A stretch of 55,660 nucleotides of DNA from Octopus bimaculoides (taxonomy: Eukaryota): assembly GCF_001194135.2 (NCBI RefSeq), contig NC_068990.1, positions 89,029,228-89,084,887 on the forward strand, in the 5' to 3' direction. The notes beneath the pieces are model-generated. The model searched no databases. It was not told the DNA's origin and saw nothing but the letters and a program-made list of their open reading frames with translations. The position numbers and the translations under genes are program-made. Positions 9,540 through 51,997 of this stretch are shown here, piece after piece; within the stretch, counting starts at the first letter, position 1; the number at the start of each line of letters is the position of its first letter.

Positions 9540-11110
9540 AAGTTCTCTAAATATAAATTCCCTTCCAAAAACAACTTTCCCAAACTATAAAACGGATCAC
9601 TTCATCACCTAAATTGTTGCACGTCTTCTCAGATAAAATGGAAATTATGTATCCTATTACTATCGAGGAATACACCAAAATCATCAAGTAGGAACTATAC
9701 AAGTCTTATAAGCTGGCACCGACATCTGCTCTTGACAATATCGACACCAACCAATGCAAGCTTATGAACAAATTATACGTGGACGATCGCACAGAATCCT
9801 ACTCCTCTACATCTCCACATTTCAACCTTAAGGATCATAAGAAAGACTTCATAACTAAGCCCATCTATACGCCTCATATACTTTACCAAATCCGACCTGG
9901 GAAGAATACGCAAAAATATTCTATATAAAATAATACCAATCGTCAGGGAGAAATTGTACCTCAACTTATGATCCTGTACAGGTGAAGTCATAACATGGTT
10001 CCATCTCTTAAACAACAAAAACTCTTCTTTCCTACAATTCGATATAAATAATTACTATTCTTCTATTTCTCCCAAACTTCTTAATCAAGCTCTCCTTCTA
10101 GCTAGGAATCTAACTAACCTAACCCCACTATAAATTAACATAATTCTTAATGCCCGTAAAAACCTTGTTTCTTTTGAGGACAAACTTTGGTACCGGGTTG
10201 ATCGCTATAACAATAACTATAACAAATTATTTAACATTACTATGGGATCATCCGACTCTGCCCAAGTCACCGAGCTCGTTGGACTATACATACTCTACCA
10301 GTTCCGAATACATTTCCTTAACATCAAGGGAGGCCTCTACAGAGATGACACTTAGCTAGTCACCAAGGGCGTTAATAAATCCACTTTAGAACGAGTTAGG
10401 AAAGATCTATACAATTTTTTTTTCTAACCTCAACCTATCTATTACTTTTGAAAATTCTCACAAAAAAATATTTTTAGACGTAACTTTAAACTTAGAAACC
10501 TCCCAATACTCCTCATATCGCGAACCTAACCAACACCTTAAGTACTTAAACATTAATTCCAATCACAACAAATCCATCTTTGATAATATAGTTAAGGGTA
10601 TCTCGATTCGTATATCTGACCCCTCATCCACTCAGGAAATATTCAATAACTACGTTCCATATTACAACCAAGCGCTTACTGCCAGCGGCTTCTCCCAACA
10701 AATAAAATACATCTCTAATACTAGACTCAAGCTACATATATCTCAAATTATATCACAACGACATGCTAACCATCAGAATCACAACAGACCACACAGACTA
10801 TACTAGTACCCCGGGAGAACCCAGATTAAGACAACTTAGACCCCACACGCACAAATATAACACTAGGTCAAAAGCTAGAACAACTAACAATAACAGGCCA
10901 TATTATGCCCCTCTAATTTCTAAAAATATAGATTATACTCCCTCTAAGCAATCAAAAAAGTAGTCGACGCTCTATTCTATAGTATACACCACCCCCGCCT
11001 TCTCACTAAACGTTAAGACCTTAGTTAAATATTTTTTTAATATACAAGACTCCATCTTCCTGCGTCAGCATAAATATTACTTTATCTCTAATAAATCTAT
11101 TTTAACGCAT
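9540..11110 (+). mobile_element. Penelope-like element, long decayed RT region
   Basis: Translates to LKDHKKDF, FLQFDINNYYSSIS, FNITMGSSDSAQVTELVGLYIL, GLYRDD, FLDVTLNL and PYYNQAL, with stops and frameshifts. Confidence 0.9.
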
Positions 11111-11319
11111 TTCCTTCCTGATATCTTTTAGGGAGTGTTTGTTGCCTGAGTAGCTCAAAAGGAGAAATATCGTCACTTATGATGGTAGTACCCGGTCTTA
11201 TATTATCTTCTATTATTGAAAGAAGTTTTGCCGCAGACCTGTCGGGGACAATAAACGTGAAACACTCTTAGCGTCTACTTACTTCCTCCACAACACTAAT
11301 CTCAAAAAGTCTTCTTTGG

Positions 11320-12062
11320 ACGTGACCTTGGCGTTGTTGTTGACAGCGATTTGCGTTGGACAAAACACATTGCTAAAATTGCCAAGAAGGCTGAGGGTAT
11401 CTTGGCATCACTTACCAAGTCCTTTGTGAGCCGCTCTCCGGCTATCTATCTGAGGCTTTATATAGCTATGGTGCGGTCTCACCTGGAATTTGCATCACCG
11501 GTCTGGAACCCCTATCTTGCCCCGGATATTAATTGTCTGGAAGCCGTTCAGCGATGTGCAACCAAGAGAATACCCTCCATCAGGCATTTGCCATATTCTG
11601 AACGCTTTACTTCTCTGAGCATGGATACATTGAAACTCCAACGTCTAGCAACTGACTTGGAAGACACCCATAAAATTATTAACCATCTTACTAACTATAA
11701 CTCTGAGCACCTTTTCAAACACCACCTGTCTAACACCTGTGGGCATGTTTACAAAGTCAGAAAACAGCACAGCTCCCATGACTTTCAGAAACACTTTTTC
11801 CCGCTAAGAGTTGCTGAAGTATGGAACAAACTACCAGCATCAGTTGTTAGTTGTCGGAGGACTGCATCCTTCAAAACTTCCATGCTTCCTGAGATTCGCC
11901 AACACTACACCTGATTTTCTCCCCTCCATACACATGCAAGCATGGATCTGACTCATACACTGTTCACTTTCCAGACATTTGTACATTACTGCATATGCTT
12001 TATACGCACTTTTGACAAGTTGAAGTGCACCTGAGCACTGTATACAATAATTTCATTATTTT
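11320..12062 (+). mobile_element. CR1-clade LINE 3' fragment (ORF2 C-terminus and 3' UTR)
   Basis: RDLGVVVDSDLRW, MVRSHLEFASPVWNP, LEAVQRCATK, GHVYKV and FFPLRVAEVWNKLP. Confidence 0.92.
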
Positions 12063-12064
12063 TT

Positions 12065-12582
12065 TTTTATTATAAATACCTCCAAAAACCCATTGTTAAT
12101 GTAGTTGACGTCAGACACAATTTTTTGTTGGGTCCTCCTATCACTCTTGGGTTAGCCAAAATATATGCAGCGCAAACTTCTCTCAAATAGTTATTCCAGT
12201 CAACAACGTAATTGACTTTCATTTCAAGCTCACGTTCACAAAATTTGATACTTGTCATGTTTACAAATGGACTCTTCCCGACTGAACTATTTTCGAAAAA
12301 GCCTTCTCGAACAGAGAATATTTATTAAGATTTAACTTTATAACATATCTCAAAACTTGCGATGGTTGTTTTATATTGTGGAGATAGTATTTATATTAGT
12401 TCTTAAAATGTCCTAAATGTAGATTAATCTCAAGAAAAATTAATAAGACATATATAATAAGCTCACTTGAAAAAAAGTGATGGTTTTTTTATATAAGGGA
12501 GATAACTTAAGTTTTTAGTGGGGATATAATCCACTTTTTTAATGACATTTTTTTAATGCTGGTGAGATAACCAAAAGGTACC
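12065..12582 (-). mobile_element. Merlin/IS1595-like DNA transposon, 5' remnant
   Basis: VVDWNNYLREVCAAYILANPRVIGGPNK matches the segment preceding the first catalytic Asp of Merlin transposases; possible GG-initial terminus near 12582. Confidence 0.7.
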
Positions 12583-12639
12583 CAAGTTCTTACTCTATTG
12601 AGAAGAAATCTTGAAATAACCTGACTTACATGCATACTT

Positions 12640-12870
12640 TATGCAAAGAATATGCACGAGATGAAAAAGAGCCTTGACCTAGTTGTAACATTCTCAAAGG
12701 ATGTAGGGTTAGAATTTGGTCAGGAGAAATGTTGTTATATGGTTGTGGAAAGGGGGACAAACTGTAAAAAGGATTAGCAACATCTCCATCAATGACTTGG
12801 TTGTTTCCCCTATATCTGACGAGGAATTTTACAGGTGTCTAGGAGTAGATGAAAACGTATCTTTAGCTAG
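12640..12870 (+). mobile_element. R4/Dong-clade non-LTR RT fragment
   Basis: LYAKNMHEMKKSLDLVVTFSKDVGLEFGQEKC ... LGVDE. Confidence 0.75.
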
Positions 12871-13115
12871 AACATTTGTTAGAAAAACTCCCTAATAATG
12901 TACTGTATGTTAGACATGAGAGACAAAGAATTCCAAGACTTTTAGAACAAAGGGATTTATCCAATAGTTTCTGGAATGGTCTTAAAAAAGGAATGAGTTT
13001 GGGTGATGCCTAATCAATTCTTAAAAACACGGTTTCCACATATATGAAAATATTTAACATAATGAAAAAATTCTCATGAAGACTTATAAGTATATAGGAG
13101 TGAATAGAAATAAAA

Positions 13116-13203
13116 CATTTGTAAAATGTAGAATTTTCATATCTGCTGTATCATATTATTTGATATGATACAGCAGATATGAAAATTCTACATTTTACAA
13201 ATG
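13116..13203. repeat. Perfect 41-bp inverted repeat with a 6-nt spacer
   Basis: 13116-13156 is the exact reverse complement of 13163-13203. Confidence 0.95.
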
Positions 13204-14919
13204 CTTTATTTTTATTGACAGTAAAATAACAACATATCATAGTAATAATTTAACATATAGCATAATGACATAATAATCACATAATAATATAACAACATAA
13301 CATATAGTAAAAACAGAGCAATTTAATTACATAAAATTATAACAATATAACATAAGATAATAATATAGCATAATTGTTGTATAATTAGTACTTACAAATT
13401 AAACTTATATTTAGCTTATTGGTTTCTGTGTACTTCTGATTGAATCTTGCAAGTTAGACAGGAGAGGAATAATCCAGATAGTACCTTACTATCTTTATCG
13501 TTAGCTCCAAGTTGTCCCTGATCTAGCAGACAGACTTATGATTCCATAAATGTCCTTAACAGTGGTAAATGATATATTCTTAAATACAGTGGGGGAGTTT
13601 GCAACAGGAATCAATGTTCTTCAAGTTCACAAATCTCAAGATATCAATGAGATAGTAATTGTTCTCTGCTTCTAGGTTTTTACTTATTAAAAACTGGTAT
13701 GTCACAAATGTTCTCTTTCTAGGTATTATAACACTGTACAATTATTGATCTCTTCTTTCTGAAAGACACAAAGTAAATCATTGAAAATGCTATGCATAGT
13801 TAATGTATTATGTATTAGCAATAGATGTTGATTCAGAAAATTGTGGAAAGCAAGTGGTAGACTGATTAAAACAGAATATGTTATGTTTATTGTTTGTGTA
13901 AAATAAATGGTTTGTAATTTCTCCCCACTTTTATGAATGACACTCTGGACTGAAAAATATATTACAGCTATGAAATAATTATATATGTAAATGTATTCTG
14001 ACACAGCTGGTCATTTATTTAAGATGGCAACTTTCATTGTAAAAACAAGTTAATTTTGTTTAATCAACTGCAAATAATTATTAGAAGAACCAGTAATATA
14101 CCAATGAATAGATTTACCATAGATGATGGCATTTCATTCTGGGCCTTCAGTTTCTACTTCATAAATGAGCATAAAATACATTACAAAGCATTATCATCAA
14201 CTGTAAAAAAAGTGCACGAAAATAGATTACCTATACAGAGGTAACTGATCATGCAAGGGGCAATAATCACCAATCCACACAATTTCTTCTACAAAATGTG
14301 CAGTTATTCTTCAACATGCAAATACACTGTGATACCTATTTCAACACACATGAATAGTACAATACACCTATGGCCATAACTACAACATCATCCTATAAAT
14401 ACTATATCCCCTTGCTCAGTCCAGGCAAAAAAAATATGCACAGACATCTCAGAAGTAATTAGACACCACATGTTATAACATTTTGACAGTGTTGATATTA
14501 CTCATAAGTACAATGCCCAAACTGGTTAAATAATAAAAAAAAACTGCACAAGTCATGTCTACCAAATACTAGATTAAGTATTTAAAAGCATCAAATAACA
14601 TTAGTTTGTTTCAATAAATAAATCTTTCAAACATGATGGTGTCTATTTACTTTAGAGATGTCTATGTATATAACAAAACTATGAGAAAGTAACACACTTA
14701 TAAATAGATTTACAATCTACCAACTAAAAATATCGACCACCTCACATCAGAATTTAAACAACATTATTTACTATAAGACTTGATAACTTACAGTTTATTT
14801 TAACTTAAAACTCTTTATAACAAAAGGGATTTGAAGCTTTTCCTTAAAGATCTATGTATATACAGATGTTTGTGTACATACAGAGAGAAACAGCAACTAT
14901 CATACTCTGACCAAGCCTG

Positions 14920-15290
14920 TAGTGCCCCATGCAACTTCAGTAACACCCAGAATCTTCCACCTCCATGTCACCTTTTGTCTGGGTGGAATTTTGTCTTGTC
15001 TATGGCTTGCAACATGCTGTTGTATAATAACTTCCAGTTTTCCTCTATGTTATAAGTCTCCATCTCATCCTCATTTTTTGTGAAATGTTCCAACTTGTGT
15101 TTCTCTGAATTTTTGCCTATTCAACAGTTCTTCAGATTTTTATATCTTTCTTCTCCAACTTGTGTCTCTGAGTTGACACAGATCTTACTCTGAAGTCACT
15201 AGTTACTAAGCCATCTCCAGAGAAAGACTTAGCATTCACAACTATCAGCCTCTTCCATTTCCCCATGAGTATGAAATCTTGTGTGTTCAC
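14920..15290 (-). mobile_element. Decayed RTE-clade LINE fragment (end of endonuclease domain and linker)
   Basis: VVNAKSFSGD, LVTSDFRVR and IEENWKLLYNSMLQAID resemble the RTE endonuclease end and linker. Confidence 0.55.
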
Positions 15291-16348
15291 CTGATTGTAG
15301 AAAATCAAATGACTGGTTGGTTTGTAGAAGTAAGTTGCAAATTATCAAGTCATTAAAGTTGGGCAGATGGATCTATGATACACAAATGGGGAATGTCATC
15401 TTTCTCCAAGGTAAAGACATCATGCTCAAATACACTACACCCAGCAATTTTCTCTTTTTATATTTTGTGCATGCGAGTGTGATAATGATTATGTACAACA
15501 TCTTTCTCTCTATATTTAACTTTTATCAAGGCCAAATTCCATTTTAATATTGTTACTAAATTGTTGTTATTATTATCATTGTTATTGGCAGAATTGTTAG
15601 TATGCCAGAAAATATATATATATATATACAAGGTATTGAAGGCCAATCTAAAAAAATGCTGAAACTTATGAAGAAGATGACAGAGAACTGAGATATGTGG
15701 CACATTGCTGTACTCTAGAAGACCCACCCACCAAAATAGAGTTGAGATTCTAAAACCAAGGTGCCGCATAAAAGCATTAGTGTGAGTGCTAGTGCCACAT
15801 AGATAGCAGTGGTGTTGGTGCTCCATAAAAAGCATGGGTGACGGTATCACACACAAAGCACCCAGTACAATCTGTAAAGTGGTTGGCATTAGGAAGGATA
15901 TCCAACCATAGAAACCAAGCTAAAACAGACTATGGAGCCTGGTATGACCTCTAGCCTTGTCAGTTCCTGTCAAGCAGTCTAACCCATGCCAGCCTGAAAA
16001 ACAGACGTTAAATGTTGATGGTGATGATATATACACACATGAAAATGATACATGCACACAGGCATGGACACACACACATACATACATACATACAAACAAC
16101 AAAAATATGAATGGAGAAAATTATATCTTTAATTTGTGGCTCCACCATACGATGCCAACAATCAATTCTGGTGTATCAACATATAAAGATACAGAAAATA
16201 TCAGTCAAATAAATATATCCAAAATACATGTTAATACATTACCAAGGCAATCCAAAATTGCATTTTCCACAATTGTATCACTTTGTACTCTTTTAACACT
16301 GAGTGCTTTACTGATATCTGCGTCCTCGATGTTTTAATCCCTTTTTCT

Positions 16349-16383
<35 letters not shown>

Positions 16384-17529
16384 TATATACACACAAACAC
16401 ACATACAAGCATTCACACATAAGCAATATCTATTTCATGCACATCACATAAGAACCAAAATGATTTTGAATATTAGAAAGCCTCACCATGGGCATTAATA
16501 AGAGTGTAAATACATTCTTTGTGTTAATCTGATGAATAGAAATGTTTATTGGCTGCTTTCAGAAAAAATATATCTGACTTCCTTAGGCACAGAAAATTAT
16601 ACCAGTCCAATATCAAAATATTTACCACTTTCTGAATCTTAATTCAAAATTCATACATTAAATTCACATGTATAATGGATTGGAAATTATTTAACTTTTT
16701 GTATTTAATAATTTATTATCTGTAGTTTTAGTCTGAATGTGTAGTTTTTACTTTACCCATCTGAATTGATATTGTGTTAATGATTATGACTTTATGACCC
16801 AATTTCAAATTTAGATCGTTCATTCTTGATTTCTTTCATCAATTAAGGATTAGTTTATGTTCGTTCTTAAGTTGCACTATCTTTGAAAATTCATTTCATA
16901 ATTGTCATCATCATCATCATTTAATATCTGTGTTCCATGTCCGCATGGGTTGGATAATTCAACAGGCTCCAACAAGCCAGGGGTCAACATTGTATTTTGG
17001 TTTCTTATATGGTTTCAGTAATTAATTTTCTAGTTTTATTTAAAAATGAGGGTGGATTGCTTGTATAGGAAACAGTTGTATTTGCCAATTAACGTATTTT
17101 TATTTAGTTTTTATGTTTCTTAGAAGCACAATATGTTACAGATGCACATTTAAATGATCAATATAAAATGCAATGTCATGAAATTTAAAGCTATTTTGTT
17201 TGTATGCAAATATGAAGTTTATTCTACAGTTGATAGAATTATTCAGTTGTTGAGTTTTTTAATATTGGTGTATATGTGATATATTATTAGTGTTAATTTA
17301 TGAATGGATTTAATGTATGATATGCTCAACTTTGTGATGAAACTAAGCATCAATTGAATCAATTTTATTTGTTTGGGAAGGCTTACAAAAGTGATAGATC
17401 TCTCTCATTTTCAAGTTAATTATAAACTAGGTTAACTTGTCTATAGGTCTTTAACCAAATTTCCAAGAAATTATGTCCTCTTTAAAAGAAAAATGAAGAA
17501 TACATTGGATAATGTCAGATATATTATGT

Positions 17530-17990
17530 TTAGGAAAAAGACAAGAGGATGTGGTTTAGAGTGCTTTTACCCAGATTTTATTCTTTTTTTACAGTACACG
17601 CTGTTGGAGCTGCCCATTTTGCATATTCCACTTTTTGGATGACTCCAGTTTTCTCTAATCTGTCTAATTCTTCATTGACGTGTTTTATCACAGCAAAACG
17701 TTCCATTCTTTTTGGTTTCAACATTGGTACTGTTTTCTTTAATTTGGAAATATGCCTCAGTCTTAGAACACAAACCTAATTTATCCGACAACACTTCAGA
17801 AAAGCATTTTTAAATTTTTTCTTCAATTCATCTGACACCTTATTCTTACTGGAGGAACAATCATTTATGTTATTACAGAACAGATTTATAGGGAGGTCCC
17901 ATAAATCAAACAACTCCATCCATTCAGTACCAAACAAGTTTGTTGCATTTTTTAACACAAACACTTTTGCATTATAGATTTTTTTTGCCT
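17530..17990 (-). mobile_element. Ty3/Gypsy pol remnant (protease-RT junction)
   Basis: LGLCSKTEAYFQIKE, then after a frameshift KPKRMERFAVIKHVNEELDRLEKTGVIQKVEYAKWAAP. Confidence 0.85.
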
Positions 17991-18676
17991 AAGAAGTGTA
18001 ATCTTTCACCTGTGATGTCTCGCACACTTTTCAATGTTTACTATAATGTAGGTTTACTATAATGTAGGTGTGTGTGTGTATGTGTGTGTGTGTGACAGGC
18101 TCCTTTCAGTTTGCAAATGCTAATTCCATTCACAAGGCTTTCATCAACTCAGGGTTATTGTAGAAGATACTTGCCTAAATTGTCCCACAAAAGAACTGAA
18201 CCTGGAACCACATGATTGAGAAACAAACTTCTTAACCACACGGCCAGGTTTGCACAGCCACTACCTTACAAAAATAAACACCAACACTTAAATTACAGAA
18301 TATTCACAATCTCTCTCCATTTCCATCTTTCTCTCTCTATCATTCAAATATTGACAAAAAAAAGTGTGGTGTTATGGGCTGTGATGAGCTGTGTGTTGTT
18401 GGTGGAGAGAGGTGAGGCAAACAGAAGTGAAGCCAGACCGAAAGGGCCAGACCAGAAGTCGGACACATGCGGTCGAAGGCCAGCACGTGCATCAGTCAGA
18501 AAACAGACAGGTTAAGAGAAAGACGTGTTTTGATCAAGAGTGATTGTGTACTCCACTGCGGTCGACAAGGTAAGGTCCAACGTTTCATTCTGTCCTTTTG
18601 CTTTTTGTTGTCTTTTTCCTCCATCACACCACAAAAAGTAACCAAACAAATTTTATATATTAGAAAAAAGAATTAT

Positions 18677-18692
18677 TTTATTTGATTTTATT
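18677..18692 (-). terminator. Candidate polyadenylation signals of gene A (two AATAAA)
   Basis: AATAAA on the minus strand at 18692-18687 and 18682-18677, about 200 nt past the stop codon. Confidence 0.45.
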
Positions 18693-18888
18693 TTCCTTTA
18701 ATATAAAAAATGTTAAGTTTTAATATTTAATAGCATTATATGAATATGATTAATATAAAATGTAACATGGAAATATCCTTGGTATGAAAGCAGTTTTACA
18801 TTAGTTTGTTTGATTTTTGTCCCCCATTTAAATATGTTTTTTTCTTTATCTTTTTTTTTTTCAAATCTCCCTTGCATCAGATACAACT

Positions 18889-47153
<28,265 letters not shown>

Positions 47154-48061
47154 TTTTTCGTCAAAGTATTTTTTAACATCCCACACGAGTCAGCTTCAGC
47201 AAATTTTGGATTAAAATAACTCTGGAAAAGAAATGAAAAAGAATATAAGAGTAGTAAAAACAAAATATTAAAAAAAATTTTTTTATGAAAAATGAATTTT
47301 TACATTGGTTTATGATCAATGAATTTAGAAATGGCAGGGGCTGAAACAGTGAGACAAGCTACTAAGGAAAAGAGTCTGAAAACTAAGGCAAAGGAATATC
47401 AACATGGTCATTTATAGAACTCATATAAGAATTTGAAATGATTTAAAATCTTAAATATTGCATCAATTGTGCACTCTCACTTTCTGTAATGTTTACACCT
47501 ATAGGATTACTATTATATTGTAACTTATTTACTTTTTTAAGTCATTGGACTACAGCCATACAGGGGCACTGCCTTGAAGGGCTTTTAATGGGGGAAGAAC
47601 AACAAAGACACACATACAACAGGCTTCCACACAGATTCTGCTTACCTTACAAAGCATTGGTTAGCCCAGAGCTATAGTAGAAGGTGCTGCACAGAGGGAC
47701 TGAACCCAAAACCACATGATTGCAAAGTGAGCTTCTAAACCACACAGTCATGCTTGCATCTCTATAACTGCTTCATTTAATTTGTTTTGCTTTGACTCAT
47801 TTCCATTTAGTGACACCTATAGATAGAGCTCATTAAAAGCCACAATATCACTAAATATAGCCTTTCTCCAACTGATTATTGTCATGAAAGATATGAAACT
47901 TAAGCTTAGATATGGGTAATATACATTCACTTTGATATGTACTTTGTGATTTGTTTTTCAGTTTCATTATATACATTAACTGCATTCTATTTGTAATACA
48001 AATTACTGACCAGTCTTACAACAATTACAATATACTGATAAATTTTGTGAAACATACATAC

Positions 48062-48100
<39 letters not shown>

Positions 48101-49173
48101 TTAGTTGAGTTAGAGGTTAAAATAACTGTCTAAGGGATAAATGTATCCAAAATACTACCGGTATATTACCTGTATTTAAACATGGGCAAAAGTATTATGC
48201 TCATAAATCATAGGTAAAAACAAGGTTAAAAAAGAGTTTATCAAGATTCAAAATTTTCTGTTTTCTACCAAATCTACTCAAAGTTTTGACCAACCTGAGA
48301 CTATAGTAGAAGATACTTGCCCAAGATGCCACACAATCAAACTGAACTTGAAACTATATGGTTGAAAAAAAAAAAAAAAAAATATATATATACATATTAT
48401 AGTTATATAACTAAAAGGGTAAAGACCTCTTTTGATCATGAATGACCATAAGATTGCACCTAGAAAGTTCCCCTCCAAGGCATAAGTCTCATCGTTGTTT
48501 TTTTTTTTTCTTCTGAACCCAGCCATGAAGTGATAGGTCAATACAGAGGTCCCTTCCACTATGTCCAAGGAGCTCTATTTATCCCTTTCCAAGACACATG
48601 TTTTGGCAAGAGCAGAAGGTCCAATCACTTGCAAGTGGCCTTATAATACTCATTCATGATCTGAAGTATTTATTTGTCTAGTATGTTATTGGTAGATAGT
48701 CACTGACCCTAGCTGGGTTTCTCCATCCTTGCGTTTGTCCTACTGAATTTGTCAGCTATTCTCATCACCAGATTAACCTGGTAGGCATGGGAGTACTGGT
48801 TTAGTCACCTGTGACCAATTTTATTGCAGTAGATTACATAACACTGGTAATACTTGGAGTGACCTGAAGCATACAATACATACACACAAACACACAGATA
48901 CATACAGATACTCACAAAGAATCCTTATGAAAAACTCATTCATTCTTTTTAAAACACACAAACAATGGGTATTAAAGGTGCAATCACTGTTCTATGCAGA
49001 CACAGAGAATGCTTTTTTAAAAAATACTTACTCTCTTTCATACAGATACACATACCACATAAGATGAGAATGAAAAATGAAAACATCACATTAAAATTCA
49101 AAAGCCTAGTGTGCATTACATTCATTTGACACGGTATTTGAAAATGAAAAATGACCAACAATAATAACATTAT

Positions 49174-49226
<53 letters not shown>

Positions 49227-49974
49227 TAATATTGACAATGCTAAGGTTTTGTTATACATCAAGTACAACCTTAACAAAAACTTATTCTACCTGAACAAAA
49301 GAAAAAGAAAATAATTGAAATAAATGGTTATAAATAAAACTGCATAGTCATTCTATGTTACATCGCCTCAGATGTTAAATAGGAACCGCATCACAAGAGA
49401 TGTCAAACACAACAAACAATTATGTGGAAGGGACAAAAAATTTTTAAAAAATGGAATATAATGATATAAAGTATTAATTATTTTATTTTAGATGAAACAA
49501 ATTTAAGAACTTCTGTTGTGTGTTTTATTGGTGACAGGAAGAGGAGTACATTCCATGACCTTCACATATAAGCCCCACCACCCACCTCTGAGTGGTGAGA
49601 ATGGTGTGAAATGAGTAACACTCAGTTTGAGCATCTGTAAGTCAATATATCTATTTTCCCCCAAAATTAAGTGGATGCTAAATCAAATGAATTATAAATA
49701 TGATACAGAATCCAAAAGCAGGCCTCTCATCTTTAATTCAACATCAGTTAAGTCATTTGAATTTGAAAGGGCATCCAGCTGTAGAAACCATGCCAGGACA
49801 GACATGTAGCCTGAACAGCCCTTCAGTTGGCCGGTTCCTGTCAAACCATACAACCCATGCCAGCATGGAAAGTGGATGTTAAATGATGACAATGATAACG
49901 ATAATGATGTATTAATATATTTTATATATTATTATGATGAATTAATGATAATTTTTAATTTTGGTACATGGAAG

Positions 49975-51090
49975 TAATGTCTAGAACTGAAGGGCCTTAG
50001 AGTTAACCAAGTAAAAACCAAAGTCTTAGTAAGTAGAAAAGCAGACAAATCACAAATTTCGTCAGGTAGATGACCCAGCTCGACCTGTAGAAAAAGCAGA
50101 GGTATAAACTCCATAAGACGTACCTGGTGTCAGCTATGGACACATAAGAGGTGCAACAATATCAGAGGAAGATTAACAAGGAAAATAGCTTTTGTGTATA
50201 GAAGAAGCACAGGTACAAAAAACACTAAAAATGTACAGAAAATAGACTCCATCAACTGCCAGTGGAGTAAATAGAGGTAGTATATAGCTTCCATTATCTA
50301 GGTGACCAAGTTAGTAGTGGAGGTGGATGCTCCAAGAGGGTAGCTGTGAAAAAAGAAATAGACTAGTCAAAGTTCAGAGAACTTCTACCTCAGCTGACAA
50401 CAAAGGGCCTCTCCCTCAGAGTGAAAAACAAACTGTATGATGTGAACAGCTATGTTACACCACGGCAGTGAAACATGAGCTGTGACAGACGAGGACAGAC
50501 ATAGGCTTGAAAGAAATGAAGCCAGTATGCTTCACTGGATGTGCAATGTCAGTGTGCATGTACGACAGAGTGTAAGCATCTTGAGAGAAATGTTGGGCAT
50601 AAGAGGCATCAGATGTGGTGTGCAAGAGAGTTGACTGTGCTGGTATCATCATCTGATGTGTATAGATGAGGACAGCTATGTAAAGAACTGCCGATCTCTA
50701 ATTGTGGAGGGATACTGTGGTAGAGGTAGACCCAAGAAGTCATAGGACAAGGTGGTGATCTTCAAACTTTGGGCCTCATGGAGTTAATGACTAGTGACCG
50801 AGACCTTTGGCAATATGCTGTGCTTGAGAAGACCCATCAAGCAAAGTGAAATCATAGTTGTGGCCAATGCTGGTGTCACGTAACTGGCACCCATGCCAGT
50901 GGCACATAAAAAGCACCTTTCGAGCATTGGAGGCAAGGTGACCAATGCCGGTGGCACATGAAAGCACCTTTTGTGTGTTGGGCCTCACATTATGTTGCGC
51001 TTGTGAAAAAGACCCATCAAGCCAAATAAAACCGCAGTTGTGGCAGATACTGGTGTCATGCAAATGGCACCAGTGCTGGTGTTCTTTCTG
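49975..51090 (+). mobile_element. RTE-clade LINE 3' fragment with Cys-rich insertion, plus tail
   Basis: LELKGLRVNQVKTKVLVS...LWTHKRC...KGLSLRVK...LERNEASML; same family as 33730-34340. Confidence 0.88.
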
Positions 51091-51867
51091 TAACACTATC
51101 TATTCGTAAAACATTCATCAATGTGCTGGAGGACAGCATCAAAGTGACATAAGGGCATAGGGGACAAAACAGCCACCCATCAAATGAAACAGAAAATCCT
51201 CACAAAAAATATACTAAAATGATGAAAACAAGAATAACTTCAATTCTAAGTGTGTAAAACAACTATGCAAAACAAACAAAAACTGATGATTATACATGGT
51301 CTTAACAATATGATTATGCAAAATTGAAGTGTATTTCACTGGATATCTATGGATATAAATTTCATGAATCATGCATGTACACACAAACATGCATATACAT
51401 GCATTTATGCAAGATTGAATGATTTAAATATCCAAATTATATGTATTAATAAATACATTTATCTTCATTGCTGTATACATATGAATAATTTTAAATAGAC
51501 CGATATATGCAATGATGAAGATGTAGACGTGTCATCACTGCTGCATCTAAATAACTGTTATTTAAAAAAAAAAACAAAAAAAAAACACCTGATGGTTTAT
51601 GAATATTTAATTTTTGATTTCAAATTTAGGCACAAGGTCAATAATTTTGTGGGTGAAGCCAGGGATAAGTTGATTACACTGCCCCCCCCAGCACTCAACT
51701 GGTATTGTTTTTATCAATACCAAAAGGATGAAAGGCAAAGTCAACCTCAACAGAACTTGAACTCAGAATGTAAAGATGAATGAATGCTACTCAGCATTTT
51801 TGTCTGCCATGCTTTGATATACATATATATGAATATGATATATATATATAATATATACATATATATG

Positions 51868-51904
<37 letters not shown>

Positions 51905-51913
51905 CTATATAGG

Positions 51914-51986
<73 letters not shown>

Positions 51987-51997
51987 ATATATATATG

